A DNA stretch of 51,403 nucleotides, the filler included, from Dirinaria sp. TL-2023a (lineage: Eukaryota): the NCBI GenBank assembly GCA_051941275.1. It is 2 parts of 2 records of this genome, joined end to end, with 100 filler letters (N's around TTAATTAATTAA, not from the genome) between each part and the next. Parts side by side here need not be neighbours in the genome. Positions count along the whole stretch, not along the records: positions 25,789 to 51,403 come from JAVEBF010000172.1; 1 more part is not named here. One strand, given 5' to 3'. Made by a program: the position numbers and the translations under genes. Below, in pieces: positions 37,216-48,953 of the stretch. The notes beneath the pieces were generated by a model. That model did not search any database. It was given only the letters and a program-made list of their open reading frames with translations, and had not been told where the DNA came from. The number at the start of each line of letters is the position of its first letter. Positions within the stretch are counted from its first letter, which is position 1.

Positions 37216-37990
37216 TTGTTGGTGGATTACCTCCTGGTTCTTTCTTCAATCACTACTCCAACCATCACTTTAGTCATAAGCACCATACGCACAGGCATCG
37301 TCATGACCCACTCTGGCCATTTTTCCAGCAGCAACAACCTCAACACCACCAGAACCACCACCATCCCCGCCACGGCGTCGGCGCGGACCTACAGCAGCGG
37401 AATGACCAAGATAAGTAATGGCATTCCCTTGATGAAAGAAGAAATCAAAATTTTAACGCGTCTGAACGCAGTTGTCCAAAATAACAATACTTCGACGCAG
37501 CCGCCGAACAGCGCATTGAATCCGCCGTTTTCTGATGTCCCAAGCACAGCAGTTGAGGGTTCAGATTTCCGCGCTGAGCCACCTGAGCGAGCTCCAGACG
37601 GGCCTGGTGCGGAAGAAGAAGATGATGATGATGATGACGACAACGCAGAGACGCACTTGAAGGACTATTTTAAGAAAATTGGCAACTGGATTGGAATGCT
37701 ATGGAAGAGTGGGTGGTTAAATACCTTACACATACGAGGCCTAGCATAGGGCTGAGAGTGTGCACGCCAACCGCCGCTACGTCCAGACATCTGCTGCAAG
37801 CACCTTTCAGGCAAGTAAGAAGCTAGATTTTATAGTCCCGCTAGGTGGGATTTTGATTTCTGCTATGTTTGTGGCAATTTGTGTGAGAGATTTAAGACCG
37901 ACAATGGAAGCGGATTTTCTGGACGACAGAGTCCCAAGTACTGTATTTAGAGATGGCCATGATACACGGCTTGTACACAAGTGTGGTTAA
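37216..37990 (+). pseudogene. Possible decayed gene for a Thr/Ser-rich, acidic, C-terminally anchored protein
   Basis: ORF 37216-37749 has a Thr-rich stretch, an E3D7 acidic run and an amphipathic segment. It is followed out of frame by 37760-37990 with a hydrophobic segment (FIVPLGGILISAMFVAICV). There is no clear ATG or splice model. Confidence 0.3.
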
Positions 37991-38225
37991 GTATCGACAC
38001 GTGCATAGAATTCGCGTCATTTGAGATGAAAAAGATCTTAGAAACCTTTTCTCGCACGATCGTTGACGTCTTCTGTTCCACAATGTAGTGTTGATGCGGT
38101 ATGATTTTTGTGAACTTCCATCGCTTGCATTGACGCTATAGAGGAAATATCATATCTCAAAGGCAAATTCCGGCTTGCGATCGATATTGACAAGAGATCC
38201 ATAACGGAACGAATTACGCGAGGAT

Positions 38226-41200
38226 CTACGACCGGTAAGATTCCTGCTGGAATTGCGCGATACAGCCTCTATTGCTCACGTTTAGCTGAGAGAAGCACTC
38301 GGGTACTCTATGGCCAATAGACTGCCAATTATCCAGCAGCGAAGGATCATGGGCCGTCCCACGGACTACACGTTCAGCTGTACTTGTAGAAGCTACAAGC
38401 TCGCCGAACATGCGAGTACACTGTAGTGTCCAAGGCTGTTGGCTTTCAAGTTTAGCCGAGACGATTTCAAAGCCTAGTTTCCCGGTATCCTGATTCATAT
38501 TCGCGTGGAACTGAACTCGCAAGTCAAGACTGATTTCAGTCATGGACTCAAGCGGCAACGAATCGTGGAAATGAATTTCTGACACAATAAGCGTAGAAGC
38601 TGTAGATTTCGGCAATGCCTGCATCTGACGAGCAGCCTCTACGGCCATGAGGAGATACACAGACCGTGGCAGTTCCGTCAAACCTAGAGCCTATGATATT
38701 TTCAGAGACGTGAGGAAACAAGAGTAAGCTTGTAAACTTTGAATTCGGTTAATCATGGGATCTCTTTTAGCATTAGATAGTTTCGCCAGGTCGGACGTGT
38801 TGGTATATCGTCGAGACTGGGAGAGCCGAGCAGCTGATGTCGTCGAAATTACCTGAAACGCACATTTTGATTTGTCTTTGACTCTGCTCAATACTGGATC
38901 CCATGATTTCATCTGTACGAAGGCAGATCCATCAGTACTTTGGGAGGCTGGGACTTAACTTATATCCTCAATTGTTGCATGGTTGATGTTCGCCAAGTTC
39001 AGGAGAATACTGTGAGCGGACATTAATGCAGCATTTTCTAGCCAGGATACCAGATCCTCCTTTCCCCGAAAGCACGAATGAAGATATTCGACCTTGTTTT
39101 TACCAAGATACTGTAGAATTGCTTCCATATGACCTTGAAAAGCAGGGTGAGGCCGTACCTCGACATCTGCTTTGGCCGTTGGGTGGCATTGCAAAGCTTG
39201 CTCAAGTGCTGCTTAGAATTGAACCGTAGAACTCATGTTCTGTTTGCAGTAGTCTGGCTCGCAATTTTGAGCCTCTATCAGCGTCACAGTCACTGACGAG
39301 GACATTCAACAGCGGGGAGCAGACTTTTGGGGTTGGATTCTTGTCAAGTAAGCTCTGGTATTCGAATGACGAAGGCAGCATATAGCAAGAATGAATTGCT
39401 TGAAAGGTCAACAACGTGGTTACTTTTCAGCACATTACGCTACCTTGGTCAAAGCGCAGCTTCCGACAAAAGTGGCCTTCCTGAGCACACCAATGAAGAA
39501 TTTCCTGAATTGCTTGAACTTGACCAGAAAAAGTGCATTTACTAGATGAACTGGCTGCTGCAAGCTGTGCACGGTTTGCGAAGCCTTTAAGAAGGGCTCT
39601 AAACCCTTCTCAACCAAACCGATGGCACACATAGTGCGCTTCGCTGTGGTTTGTGAAAAGCTATTCAAAGGATCACTAAGAGCGAGGCCACGATAATAAG
39701 CTATAGTGATAGCATCATGCAGTGAAAGATAGTCAGCAGCCGAGGCTGCAACAATCTCACCAGAAGAATGTCCTACAACCGCATAAGGTTCCAAGCCCCA
39801 AGATCAAAGAAGAGCTACCAATCCAAGCTGAATAGCAGTACAGAGCGATTGCGAGAACTCGGTAAAATGTAATCTGAATTCATCCTTCGAATTAGAAAGC
39901 TCATCAATAATCAACCACGAAGGTACATCAAATAAGGTAGCAAGAGCCTTGTAGCATTCTGTCAGCGCACGCTTGAAGAGTGGAGAGCTATAAATGAGGC
40001 ATTTTCCCATCTGCGTGCTGCCATTTAGAAGCCAACTTAGCTTATAAAAAGAAACCGATTCGAGTAAACCGTCTTAATATTCATGCGTCATATGCTGACT
40101 TACCATTGCGTCTCTTGTTCAGTAAATACGAACTTTTCTTCTGCAGAGTTGGAGCTTTTCGTATAGATCGTATGCGAATTCGATCGCAGTCCGCAAAGTG
40201 CTTCTTCCAGTGTACTAGCTGTGAAGTATATCGATTTTCGCATTGTTGATCGCCGATCTAGCAGCGCATGGGCAAGATCTTCGAGTCTTGGTCTTTGTTG
40301 CTGAGCGTAAATGGCATAGACCACTCCAAGACTGCGCGGTGAGCCTTCATCGGCTGCTGAAACCTTGAGCAGGAAAGATCTCGGTTTCCAAAAGTGGACA
40401 GCTGAGACGGAGCCGTAAGCCACCACTCTAGAACCATGTGACCGTTGGTGACACCAGCGTCGAAAATATTGACGGCAGCTCGTCTCACGTTTCCCTTGAC
40501 CGCTGGCCAAGGAAGCATTTTCGTTGGCACAAGCACGTTCTCAAAATTAATGTTTGAGTTTGAGTGATTGAAGTGCATCTGACAAGAATTTGCCCACGCT
40601 CTAGGTACTGGACGACTTTCACGATTGAAGCGAGTGCTGGGCTCGATTCCAGATGTCCGATGTTACTTTTCGCAGAGCCTAGCACTAGGGGAAGATCTTT
40701 GTGAAGACACAGGCCATACACAGAAATGGTTGCCGCGAGTTCCACTGGATCGCCTGCTGCAGTACCTGTGACCTTAGTTCATGTTAGCTTGGAACATCTA
40801 TAGCTGAAGAGAAATGGAGAGATCTTTGTTTGTCTTTTATGCTTCAAAGACGAAGATTGTGATGAGGCAGAGCACTGCTGACTTTACAAACTCAGTTCTC
40901 GAACTTTTAGGCGCCGGCTAAATAGTTGATCGCCGAATGCTCAGGGTTCGAAAATGTACTTCTGAAGCCGTTTAGACAGGATATCTTACATGAGCTTCCA
41001 AATATTGGATGTCATTAGGACATATCTTGAGTTTTTTATACAGCTCCTCCATGTTTCTTCTCTGCGCCTCGGCAGATGGCAATGTGATGCCGATCGTCCG
41101 TCCATCCTGATTAAGTCGCGTGCCCTTGATCAGAGCTCGAATGAAATCAAATCGGCAACGGCCGTTTTAAGAGGCTTCAATAAAATCGCGAGCGCACCTT

Positions 41201-41965
41201 CCCCACGACCATAACCATCTGGAGACGCATCAAAGCCCTTGCATCTTCCACTGGGACTCAGAACACTCCTAGTTGCGAAGATGGCATAAACATTTCCGGG
41301 CTCAGAATAAGCTTTGCGCCATAGACCAAGGCCATGCTCGAGTCGCCGTGCTGAAGAGTTTGCACGACTTGATGAAGGACGGCCATAGTAGGCGAACACG
41401 CTGTATCGACGCTAACAGCTGAACCAGACGAGTTGACGAAGTAACTTAGGCGGTTAGCTGCCATACACATTGGGGTACCCGTAGCCAGGTAGCGAGGCGT
41501 GGCATCGATGTCTTTGGCAAGGACGTTATAGTGATCACTACCTTCCATGCCTGTTTTCCTTTGTCAGCCGCTCGTCAAAACCCTTTCAGGAAGCTGGGTC
41601 AGACCTTGCGAATACTGCGGTATCGGTCCCTGTGAAATTCTCGATAGTAATCCCCGCGCTTTCGATAACCTCGTATGCAATTTCGAGCAGCATCCTCTGC
41701 TGCGGATCCATTGTGACAGCCTCGGTTCGCGTCGTATGGAAGAACGCATTATCGAATTTATCGACACAAGCCATGCCCAACGTTCGTGAGACCTTTCCTC
41801 GGACCGCCCTGCGGGTGATAGAAGCCATCGATACTGAAGCGTATGATTTTGCTCTGGACGTCTCTTGACGAGCATGTCCCAAAGCTCCGATAGGAAATTA
41901 GCACCTGCTACGCAACAGGACATACCGATGATAGCTATGTCTCTGTCGGGGAAGGTGGAAGCCAT
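38226..41965 (-). pseudogene. Reducing-type iterative type I polyketide synthase pseudogene (KS-AT-DH remnants)
   Basis: Fragments occur in PKS order but in shifting frames: [86 protein letters not shown] (degenerate FTGQGAQW), [28 protein letters not shown], and DH-like LPRSVYLLMAVEAARQ. There are many frameshifts and stops. No ER/KR/ACP could be recognised downstream. Confidence 0.9.
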
Positions 41966-42390
41966 TATGAGCACTGCGAAGACTTAGCACGATTTGCCTT
42001 TGATGACAATAAGTTGCATGTATCCAAATCATATAGCTCTAACATATTCTCAAACTCGATGCCCTCGGGGGGTATGCTCTTTATATGTTGGCCGTCAATT
42101 GGTATCTCAAGGTAGAATCATTCCGTCATGCTGAATGCTTTCTGTTCTAGAATATGGCGTCAGCATGGGGGGCGGGACACACATATTATACAATGCAATT
42201 GCAAAAACATGGCATATGGTGTAGAAACCATTGATTGGTGGAGGAGAATTTCACACCCCGCCGATGCCGTCGTAGCCCAGACATCCCTCCACCAATCACA
42301 GCGCGATATCGTTTGCAAAATACTTGCCCCATCCTGAGAAAGCGTTGCAGCTCGCCATCTCCTATGGGGCATCATCCTTCCTAACAGTGT

Positions 42391-44651
42391 TTACGAGCTC
42401 TGTTGGTCTTCATGCGCATCACTCGCTCTGCACCTTCCGCCAATACCCATTTCACCCTTAGCATGCCTACTTGCTCCACTAGCGTCTACTTTCACTAGCG
42501 GCCTATACTTCGGTTCCCACATCTGTTGCCGAACCCAATCTTCTAGTTCCGCATCATCCTTGGGAATGCCAGTCTCGGTCGCCAAATTTTCTTCGACCGC
42601 CTCCTTGGTTACCGCCTTCGCGACTTGGACGCTGATCTCTCGGACGTTGACTACGTCGGGTACCAGCCCTTTATTGGGGTCCTGTAGCGCTGGTGATTGA
42701 CTAGCGATAGCTTTGACAGCTGCAACGATCATCTTCGTGGACAGAAGCCGGGATCTACATAGGACGACTCCCAAGCCAATGCCTGGGAAAGCGGTGGAGT
42801 TGTTGCATTCCGCTGCGTGGACCATTAGCGCCATTTTGTTTTGTGCAACTGGTGCTTTCAACGGACCAACTTACCAACTTCGTACTTCTTCCCTTTGTAT
42901 TCCACAGGTGGGAAAGGGCTACCTGTCGCGATTAAGGCTCTACCCTCGGTCCACTCGTAAACGTCCTTCGGATCAGCCTCATGCAATCGGGTGGGGTTGC
43001 TGAGAGGCAGGATGATTGGTCTCTCGACGTGCTTCGCCATCTCCTTGAGGATCGCTTCGGTGAACGCCTTTGGCTTGGTCGACGTTCCAATCAGGACATG
43101 CGGCTCAACTTCTTTTACAACCGCGAGCAAGTCCTTGTGATCTTTGCCCTGCCATCCAGAATCTTCACGCGCAAAGGGCACCTGGCCTTGCGTCAGGTCG
43201 TCACTCATTGATTCGAGTAAGAGGCCTGGCTTGTCGACGCACCTGTAACGTGTCAGAAGACACCGAAGGGCTTTTTAAGTCAGTTTGCCTCACCAGATCT
43301 GCCTAGCCGCCTCTTTTGGAGTTTTTCTGCTCTCGGTTGCAACAGCATCTCGGACTTGGTCCGCAATTCCTATACCGGCACTTCCCGAGCCAAAGACCAC
43401 AAGCCTCATATCCTTCAAATCAACCTTGTTAACATGCATGCCAGCCATGATAGCTGCCAAAGTAATGCATCCGGTACCTTGAACATCGACATTGAAGCAT
43501 GCGAGCTGCGGGCTGTACTTGTCGAGAAGCCTTCGTGCATTGGACAGTCCAAAATCCTCACTGCAAGCTTATGAGTTCGTGCTCAATAACGCAAGGAAAA
43601 GACATACAAATGTAAATATGCTTTTGGGTATAGCTTGTGTGCTGCCTGGACGAAGGTATCAACAAGCTCGTCGTAGTCCTTGCCTCTAATACGTGGCCGC
43701 CGCAATCCCAGATAAAGCTCATCGTTCAAAAGCTGCTCGTTCTAAAATGCTCGTCAATGGCCGGCTATTGCCTGAAACCCCTGAACTGCTCACATCTGTA
43801 CCGCAATCGAGTACGACTGGCAGCGTTCGAGCCGGATGTATACCGGCGCACAAGGTCGTGATGACGAGCTTCGCCACTGATATCAAGATGCCGCCAACGC
43901 CTGATATAACTATTAGACAGATTGGCCGTAATCAGGTGTCATTATATTCTACCTTGGTCGCCGATACCGAGAATCTGCCATCCTTTTTAGCAATTGGGCT
44001 CTCTCGGCCATACAAAGATCTAATGTACTTCTTCTCCGTCAGTGACAACGATGTAGTCGATGTCCTCCGCTTTCCCCCACTGGGCAAGGTTCACTTCAAC
44101 GCGCTCTTTGTCAAAAATATTCAAGTAGCAGCCTTCGGGTCTACGGAACAATCGTGAGAAATTCTGAATGGCTTCACCTTCGGTCGGGGTGTAGATAATG
44201 CTAAACATCTCTTTAAGGTGATCTTGAATCAACTGCAGAGAATTCAGCGCCATATGCAATCCTTGCATCATCACTGAAGACCAACTCGATAGTAGAGAAC
44301 CTCATTCTGGTCTTTCATACTAGTCATGAAGGTATTCTTCGCAAGAGCGTCCCGACAGCTTGTGTACTGCTCGTAGGCTCGCTGTACTTGTTGGTCCAAT
44401 GTCTGGACATTGGGGGGTAACAATCCGTGAAGCTTGAAATCATAGCGTTCGTTGGGTGGGAAAGCTGAGCCTTTGTTGTGATAAGGGGAGGAGAGAAGTG
44501 CTGAACCCTGCCAACAGGTCGTTAACGACTACGAAGCCGGAAAGTAGCCTCCGACACAACGCACCGTCAACGCGCAATCTTGTGGCCCAAAGGTAGAGAG
44601 TGGTAGGTGAGAGAACTTTGAAGATTGGATAGGGGCTGAGGATTGAGACAT
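42391..44651 (-). CDS. MAE1: Malic enzyme, Mae1-like (~610 aa, 9 exons)
   Basis: ATG at 44651 and introns at 44508-44564, 44233-44285, 43975-44028, 43901-43952, 43742-43793, 43561-43607, 43243-43293 and 42813-42874 give an uninterrupted frame. Motifs are [48 protein letters not shown] (canonically FNDD), GSGSAG, LSNPT, ATGSPF and NNSTAFPG. Confidence 0.93.
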
Positions 44652-44856
44652 TTTGGTCGTGTGCAGCGGGGATAAGGATGTGAATACAAAAAGATGTACT
44701 TGATTTGAAGGAGAAACAATGCCAGTGTGCCACTATGAGAAAAATGCATAGAGTATCCGATATTTACTCCCGTTCTTCAATCTCGCTCCCACCAAGCGGG
44801 AAGGTGCGGGAGTGACTACGCGTGAGTTCCTGCAAAATCTGAGCTATGGACCGGCC

Positions 44857-44864
44857 TGACGTCA
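44857..44864. promoter_or_regulatory. CRE/ATF-type palindrome TGACGTCA about 205 bp upstream of the malic enzyme ATG
   Basis: Exact 8-mer match. Function is untested and a chance occurrence is possible (another copy lies at 35633-35640). Confidence 0.25.
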
Positions 44865-45130
44865 TAACAACCCTCTGGTGCCATTGGTTCGTGGACAGGA
44901 TGAAAGTCTTGAAGAGCTCATGAGAAAACATCCAGCTTCTAGTATCTGCCTCCAGGCCAATACCTGGGTAGTATCTTAATGGATGTAAGGTGCTCAGTCG
45001 CATCGCAAAGGTGGCTGCTGACAGTCCCTTGATGGATTTTCAGTCCGACAGTTTTTGCAGCTAGATCAAGGAGAAATGAAGGCTTATACAAAGGCCTAAA
45101 TAGTAAAAGTCGCCATTCTGGTGCCATACC

Positions 45131-46858
45131 TCACGGTGGCCTCCTCTTCGAAAGTCTTGCTGCAGCATTTTCAACGCCAGACGCCGCTGTTGCTATTGGA
45201 GATGATCCGTCGTTAGCGCGCCCATTCGCTGTCTCCAGCCATCTGTCCAATGTAGTAGCTCGTCTTCTAGGTTTCAAGACCTTCGACTCGCTCTTCGCTG
45301 CAGTGGGAACTCCACCTCGAAGAAAGTCGGCGAGGGCTGACACGACCAAGGCCACAGTGATAAGCTGCAGGACGTGAACGGTCCACCAAATATGCTGTGT
45401 TCCAAGCGCGCAAGTGCTGTGTTCCAACCGCCACCTATCAAGAGCGGGGTCATACCACGCGCTCAGAAGACCGGCATTGCCACCAAATCCTCCCATCATG
45501 CTCCGAACAGTGACTTCGCGGATTCCTGGTATGCTATCATCCTGTTTCGCAGCCGAGGTCGCCCAACTTTCAGCCTTCCAACGACGAGCCTCTTTATCTT
45601 CATCATCAGGCAAATGGTGATACACGTCGCACCCTTCATGGTCATGGCCGGTCAAAATAATTCCATTCCGACCCAAACCCCCTGCGGGGGCGTTGGGGTT
45701 TCCACTCATGCCGTATATACCTTCCAAGATTCCCCTCGCCGCTTCGTAGCTTAGGTGATTTTGCTCCTTCAACCCTCCGCCATGATCTTCATCATGGAAA
45801 GAGAAGTACGGTCCGTCGACGCAGACGCCTGCCTCTTTATGAAGGGGGACGTGCGTGAGGAGAATTGTAGCTGAAGTCGTATCCTCCACCGGTCGTGATA
45901 CAACAATCATGTCATTAATGAACTGATAGGTCTCGGTTTGCAAGTGAGGTTCCAAAGCCGGCGTGTCGAGGTTGAGAGAGTTCAGCACAACGAGTCTGAG
46001 CTCTGGTAGAGATTCCACATGGGTGTAGCTCTCACTGGCGGTCTGGTTCCCCGGTTGCATAGCAAACCGAGTTTCCCAGTTCGCCTTCCCAAACACCCGC
46101 TCAAACCTGTCCATCCTCTTGGTTGTGATATCCCCAGCATATCCAATGTCATGGTTTCCAGCAACATTGATTATCCTCGTTTCCCAACTCCTGTCCTGAC
46201 CGAGGGGCCCCAGATGTATTCCACTAGTCACCTCATCCTCAACGCGCCGACCCCCCCTGAAGACTCTATTCCAGTAGCGCCATCCTCGACGCTCAAATTC
46301 GTCGTCGCTAATCCATTGGCTGCCAAGCAAGTCCCCCAGGACAGTGACATGGGTTGGCCTCAAAGAACGATGCAGCGTGCGGTAGATGTGCGCGAGGTAA
46401 TAGTCGTTGCCCCATAGATCCACTGTTTTACGACAGGTATAGAGTATCCACGGCACGTCCCCCACTATAACGTTCCACAAATGATGTGCCACGACACTCA
46501 ACCGGCTTTTGTGAGATTCGGCATTTGAGAGGTCGGACCAAAGAGTCGCGATACTTGGAAAGTAGCCATTGGTCGTGTTCAGCAGGGAAGAATCTCCTTC
46601 AAGTTGAGGATCCCCCAGGGCCAGCAGACGGAATGGCGCGTCAATATGTCCGTGCGGGGCCGAAAAGCCAGCAGCGTGTTTGAATGTTGTGACATAGGAG
46701 TTTTCTGTTGCGACCTGCGGAGGAAATGCACAGGCGTGGAAGGCAGGGTAGAAGTATAAGTAGATCGTGGACAGGAGTGACAGCGTGACAAATACGCCTA
46801 GGACTTGTCCAAGATATCGAAGCATAGAGATACCCAGCAATGTCGAGCAAAAAGGCAT
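45131..46858 (-). CDS. TED1: Ted1-like metallophosphoesterase (GPI-anchor remodelling)
   Basis: Intronless 575-aa ORF (alternative start 46825) with N- and C-terminal TM segments. Calcineurin-like motifs: ALGDPQLEGD, GNDYYLAHIY, LGDLLGSQWISDDEF, AGNHDIGY, LTHVPLHK and ILTGHDHEGC. Confidence 0.88.
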   Translation of the reverse strand: MPFCSTLLGISMLRYLGQVLGVFVTLSLLSTIYLYFYPAFHACAFPPQVATENSYVTTFKHAAGFSAPHGHIDAPFRLLALGDPQLEGDSSLLNTTNGYFPSIATLWSDLSNAESHKSRLSVVAHHLWNVIVGDVPWILYTCRKTVDLWGNDYYLAHIYRTLHRSLRPTHVTVLGDLLGSQWISDDEFERRGWRYWNRVFRGGRRVEDEVTSGIHLGPLGQDRSWETRIINVAGNHDIGYAGDITTKRMDRFERVFGKANWETRFAMQPGNQTASESYTHVESLPELRLVVLNSLNLDTPALEPHLQTETYQFINDMIVVSRPVEDTTSATILLTHVPLHKEAGVCVDGPYFSFHDEDHGGGLKEQNHLSYEAARGILEGIYGMSGNPNAPAGGLGRNGIILTGHDHEGCDVYHHLPDDEDKEARRWKAESWATSAAKQDDSIPGIREVTVRSMMGGFGGNAGLLSAWYDPALDRWRLEHSTCALGTQHIWWTVHVLQLITVALVVSALADFLRGGVPTAAKSESKVLKPRRRATTLDRWLETANGRANDGSSPIATAASGVENAAARLSKRRPP

Positions 46859-47602
46859 AAAAAGACGTGAAAGGGGTGATGGAGTCTTGCAGCCATGTGT
46901 ATGACTTTCTCCAACCCTCAGACAACCCTAATAGCAAGCAAGCTAGGAAAATGCAGCTCCAGCATTCCAGCACATTGTGACACACTTCGAAAACATCGGA
47001 GTGCCCAAACATATCTGAGGGCCGTGCATTCAACGTTCTCCTCTTACATTGTGGCGGAATATCAATAAAGACAAAAAAGGGTGGTGGGAAGGCGTGGACC
47101 GACGTCGTTCAAACCTTTGGCAAAGCTCCACTTTCCGAGCTCTCCCTGAGAATTGTGCTTCAACGAGTCATCGATAGGCCGCTTAAATTCTAGCTATACT
47201 TTCTAGACCTTCGCCTGCACCATCCCGATCTGGGTCTTTCAGCCTTCAAACATTTACTAATTGTATTGTCCTGGAATCAAAGGTAGCAAGCTGGGTGACA
47301 TGTTGCACGATTAATTTTGTGGCGCTAGGTATAGCGTGATGCAAAAAATCTCCAGGCTCGCTTGGTTGTCAACGGACGGCGAGATAGGGTCTGCCTCTAC
47401 TATTGGCGCCACGTTAGTGCAGACGATGGCGAAAAGGCCTGCATTACTTCGGATTTTTGATATCTAGCCCTTCTTGACTATTCTGGGTGCTGCGCTTCAC
47501 GTTACACGGGTATGTTGGTCAATCAAGGGAAGGAGGGATCGAGACTGAGTTCAATAATTGGTACTGTTTCTAGCAACAAGCTTGTTCTCGTCCTACACTG
47601 CT

Positions 47603-48330
47603 TCACATCACGACCCCAGAATTGCTAGCAATACGCTGCGCAGCGTCAGCATTTATCCTTGCGCTCATCTTCAGGAGAATAGACTCACCGGCCACAACTC
47701 TGCCGCCTCTTTACCCACCGGGCCTGTAATTGCTGAACCTTTCATCTCTCCTTTGGCATTGACGATCTAAGCGAACCAAGCATCAGCTTTCTTATTCCCT
47801 TCCTCGATCTCCACCAGGACTCTTCCACCGATGTAGCCTCTGTCGTCTATGACGGCTTGCACTGGGATCCATTGGCACAAGGACTTACCACTCCAGCATT
47901 ATCCTCGAAATATAAGTAGACCCCATCGGCTCTCCTCCAAGGTTTACTCTGTCTTACGACCACTGCCGGCATGACCTTCTTCCTTAGTTCTGGCTTTCCC
48001 TTCTTCACTGTAGCCATAACCATATCGCCAACACCGGCAGCAGGAAGGCGATTCAGGCGAGCACCGATGCCTTTCACGGAAATGATGTAGAGATTTCGGG
48101 CACCGGAGTTGTCGCAGCAGTTCATAACCGCACCACTGTCACCGATAATCAGCTCGACCGCGCTGAGCAGGATATGCAGGGCCGACTGGAGCCACGGAGA
48201 AGAGGGGCGTACACTGGTAGACCGAGGGTCATCTTGAGCTTGTTGCCCGAGGCACCGCCGCGACTGAAGGCTGATTAGCAGTCCGTAGTACAGATAAAAG
48301 GAGGGGCGATAGATACCCTCGCTTCGACAT
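47603..48330 (-). CDS. RPL23: 60S ribosomal protein L23 (uL14), 140 aa, 5 exons
   Basis: Exons 48330-48317, 48263-48213, 48135-47889, 47766-47689 and 47635-47603 give [79 protein letters not shown]. All introns are canonical. Confidence 0.97.
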
Positions 48331-48454
48331 GCTGGGCGTCTAACAAGTGATCGCACGGTGTATTAGTGGTAGTAGGGAGTGCAGTCTGCCTGTGATAAAG
48401 GAATGTCTTTGAGCCTCAAATCAGAAAGTACGAAAGTTTGATTGTGGGCTCTCG

Positions 48455-48506
48455 GGCGCTAGGGAGGTTTGGGTTAGGTAGCTGGTGCCCAGGGTACACT
48501 AAACCC
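48455..48506. promoter_or_regulatory. Telobox-like motifs in the RPL23 promoter
   Basis: CTAGGG, GGGTTAGG and CTAAACCC lie 125-175 bp upstream of the ATG. They resemble TTAGGG-like (Tbf1-type) sites of fungal ribosomal-protein promoters, but the matches are imperfect. Confidence 0.3.
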
Positions 48507-48953
48507 AGCTGGGCTACGGAGAGGGCGCGAACCCGATCGAGCAACGGAGCACGACGACACCTCATTCTAGACGACATCTCATTCAATTAATACCTCATCT
48601 CCTCGCATCAACCGCGACAATTCGTCACATCAGGTGCTCATAGGCTGCTAATGGGACTAGCTCAATTCTTGATCCTCATGCTCCATCTACATAGGTCAGG
48701 AATTAATCCACAGAATGCCCATACTCGCTTAGTCCCTAGTCCTGCTCCTGGGAGGACTTGACCATACATGGCCGTCTAAAACGCCTGAGACTCGTTCCAC
48801 CAGAACTCTAACCAGGAATACGCGTAGGAAGACCGAGAAACTATGAGGGGATTCCCCTCTTCGTCTTCTATCCTGGAATCGAGATCTACATGTCAGCCAG
48901 CCTTGTCCAGAGTCGGACGGCACGTTACTTACGGAGGGCGAGCAACGGTGGCC

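Noticed and set aside
38226..46858. PKS + malic enzyme + Ted1 as a functional biosynthetic cluster
   Set aside because: The PKS is destroyed and the neighbours are ordinary housekeeping genes. No tailoring enzymes, transporter or regulator are visible.
47767..47888. Longest RPL23 intron (122 nt) as a snoRNA host
   Set aside because: No box C (RUGAUGA) and no convincing H/ACA hairpins. The CTGA present belongs to the branch-point region.
47847..48356. 169-aa ORF as the RPL23 protein
   Set aside because: It reads through introns. The spliced 5-exon model gives the canonical 140-aa uL14.
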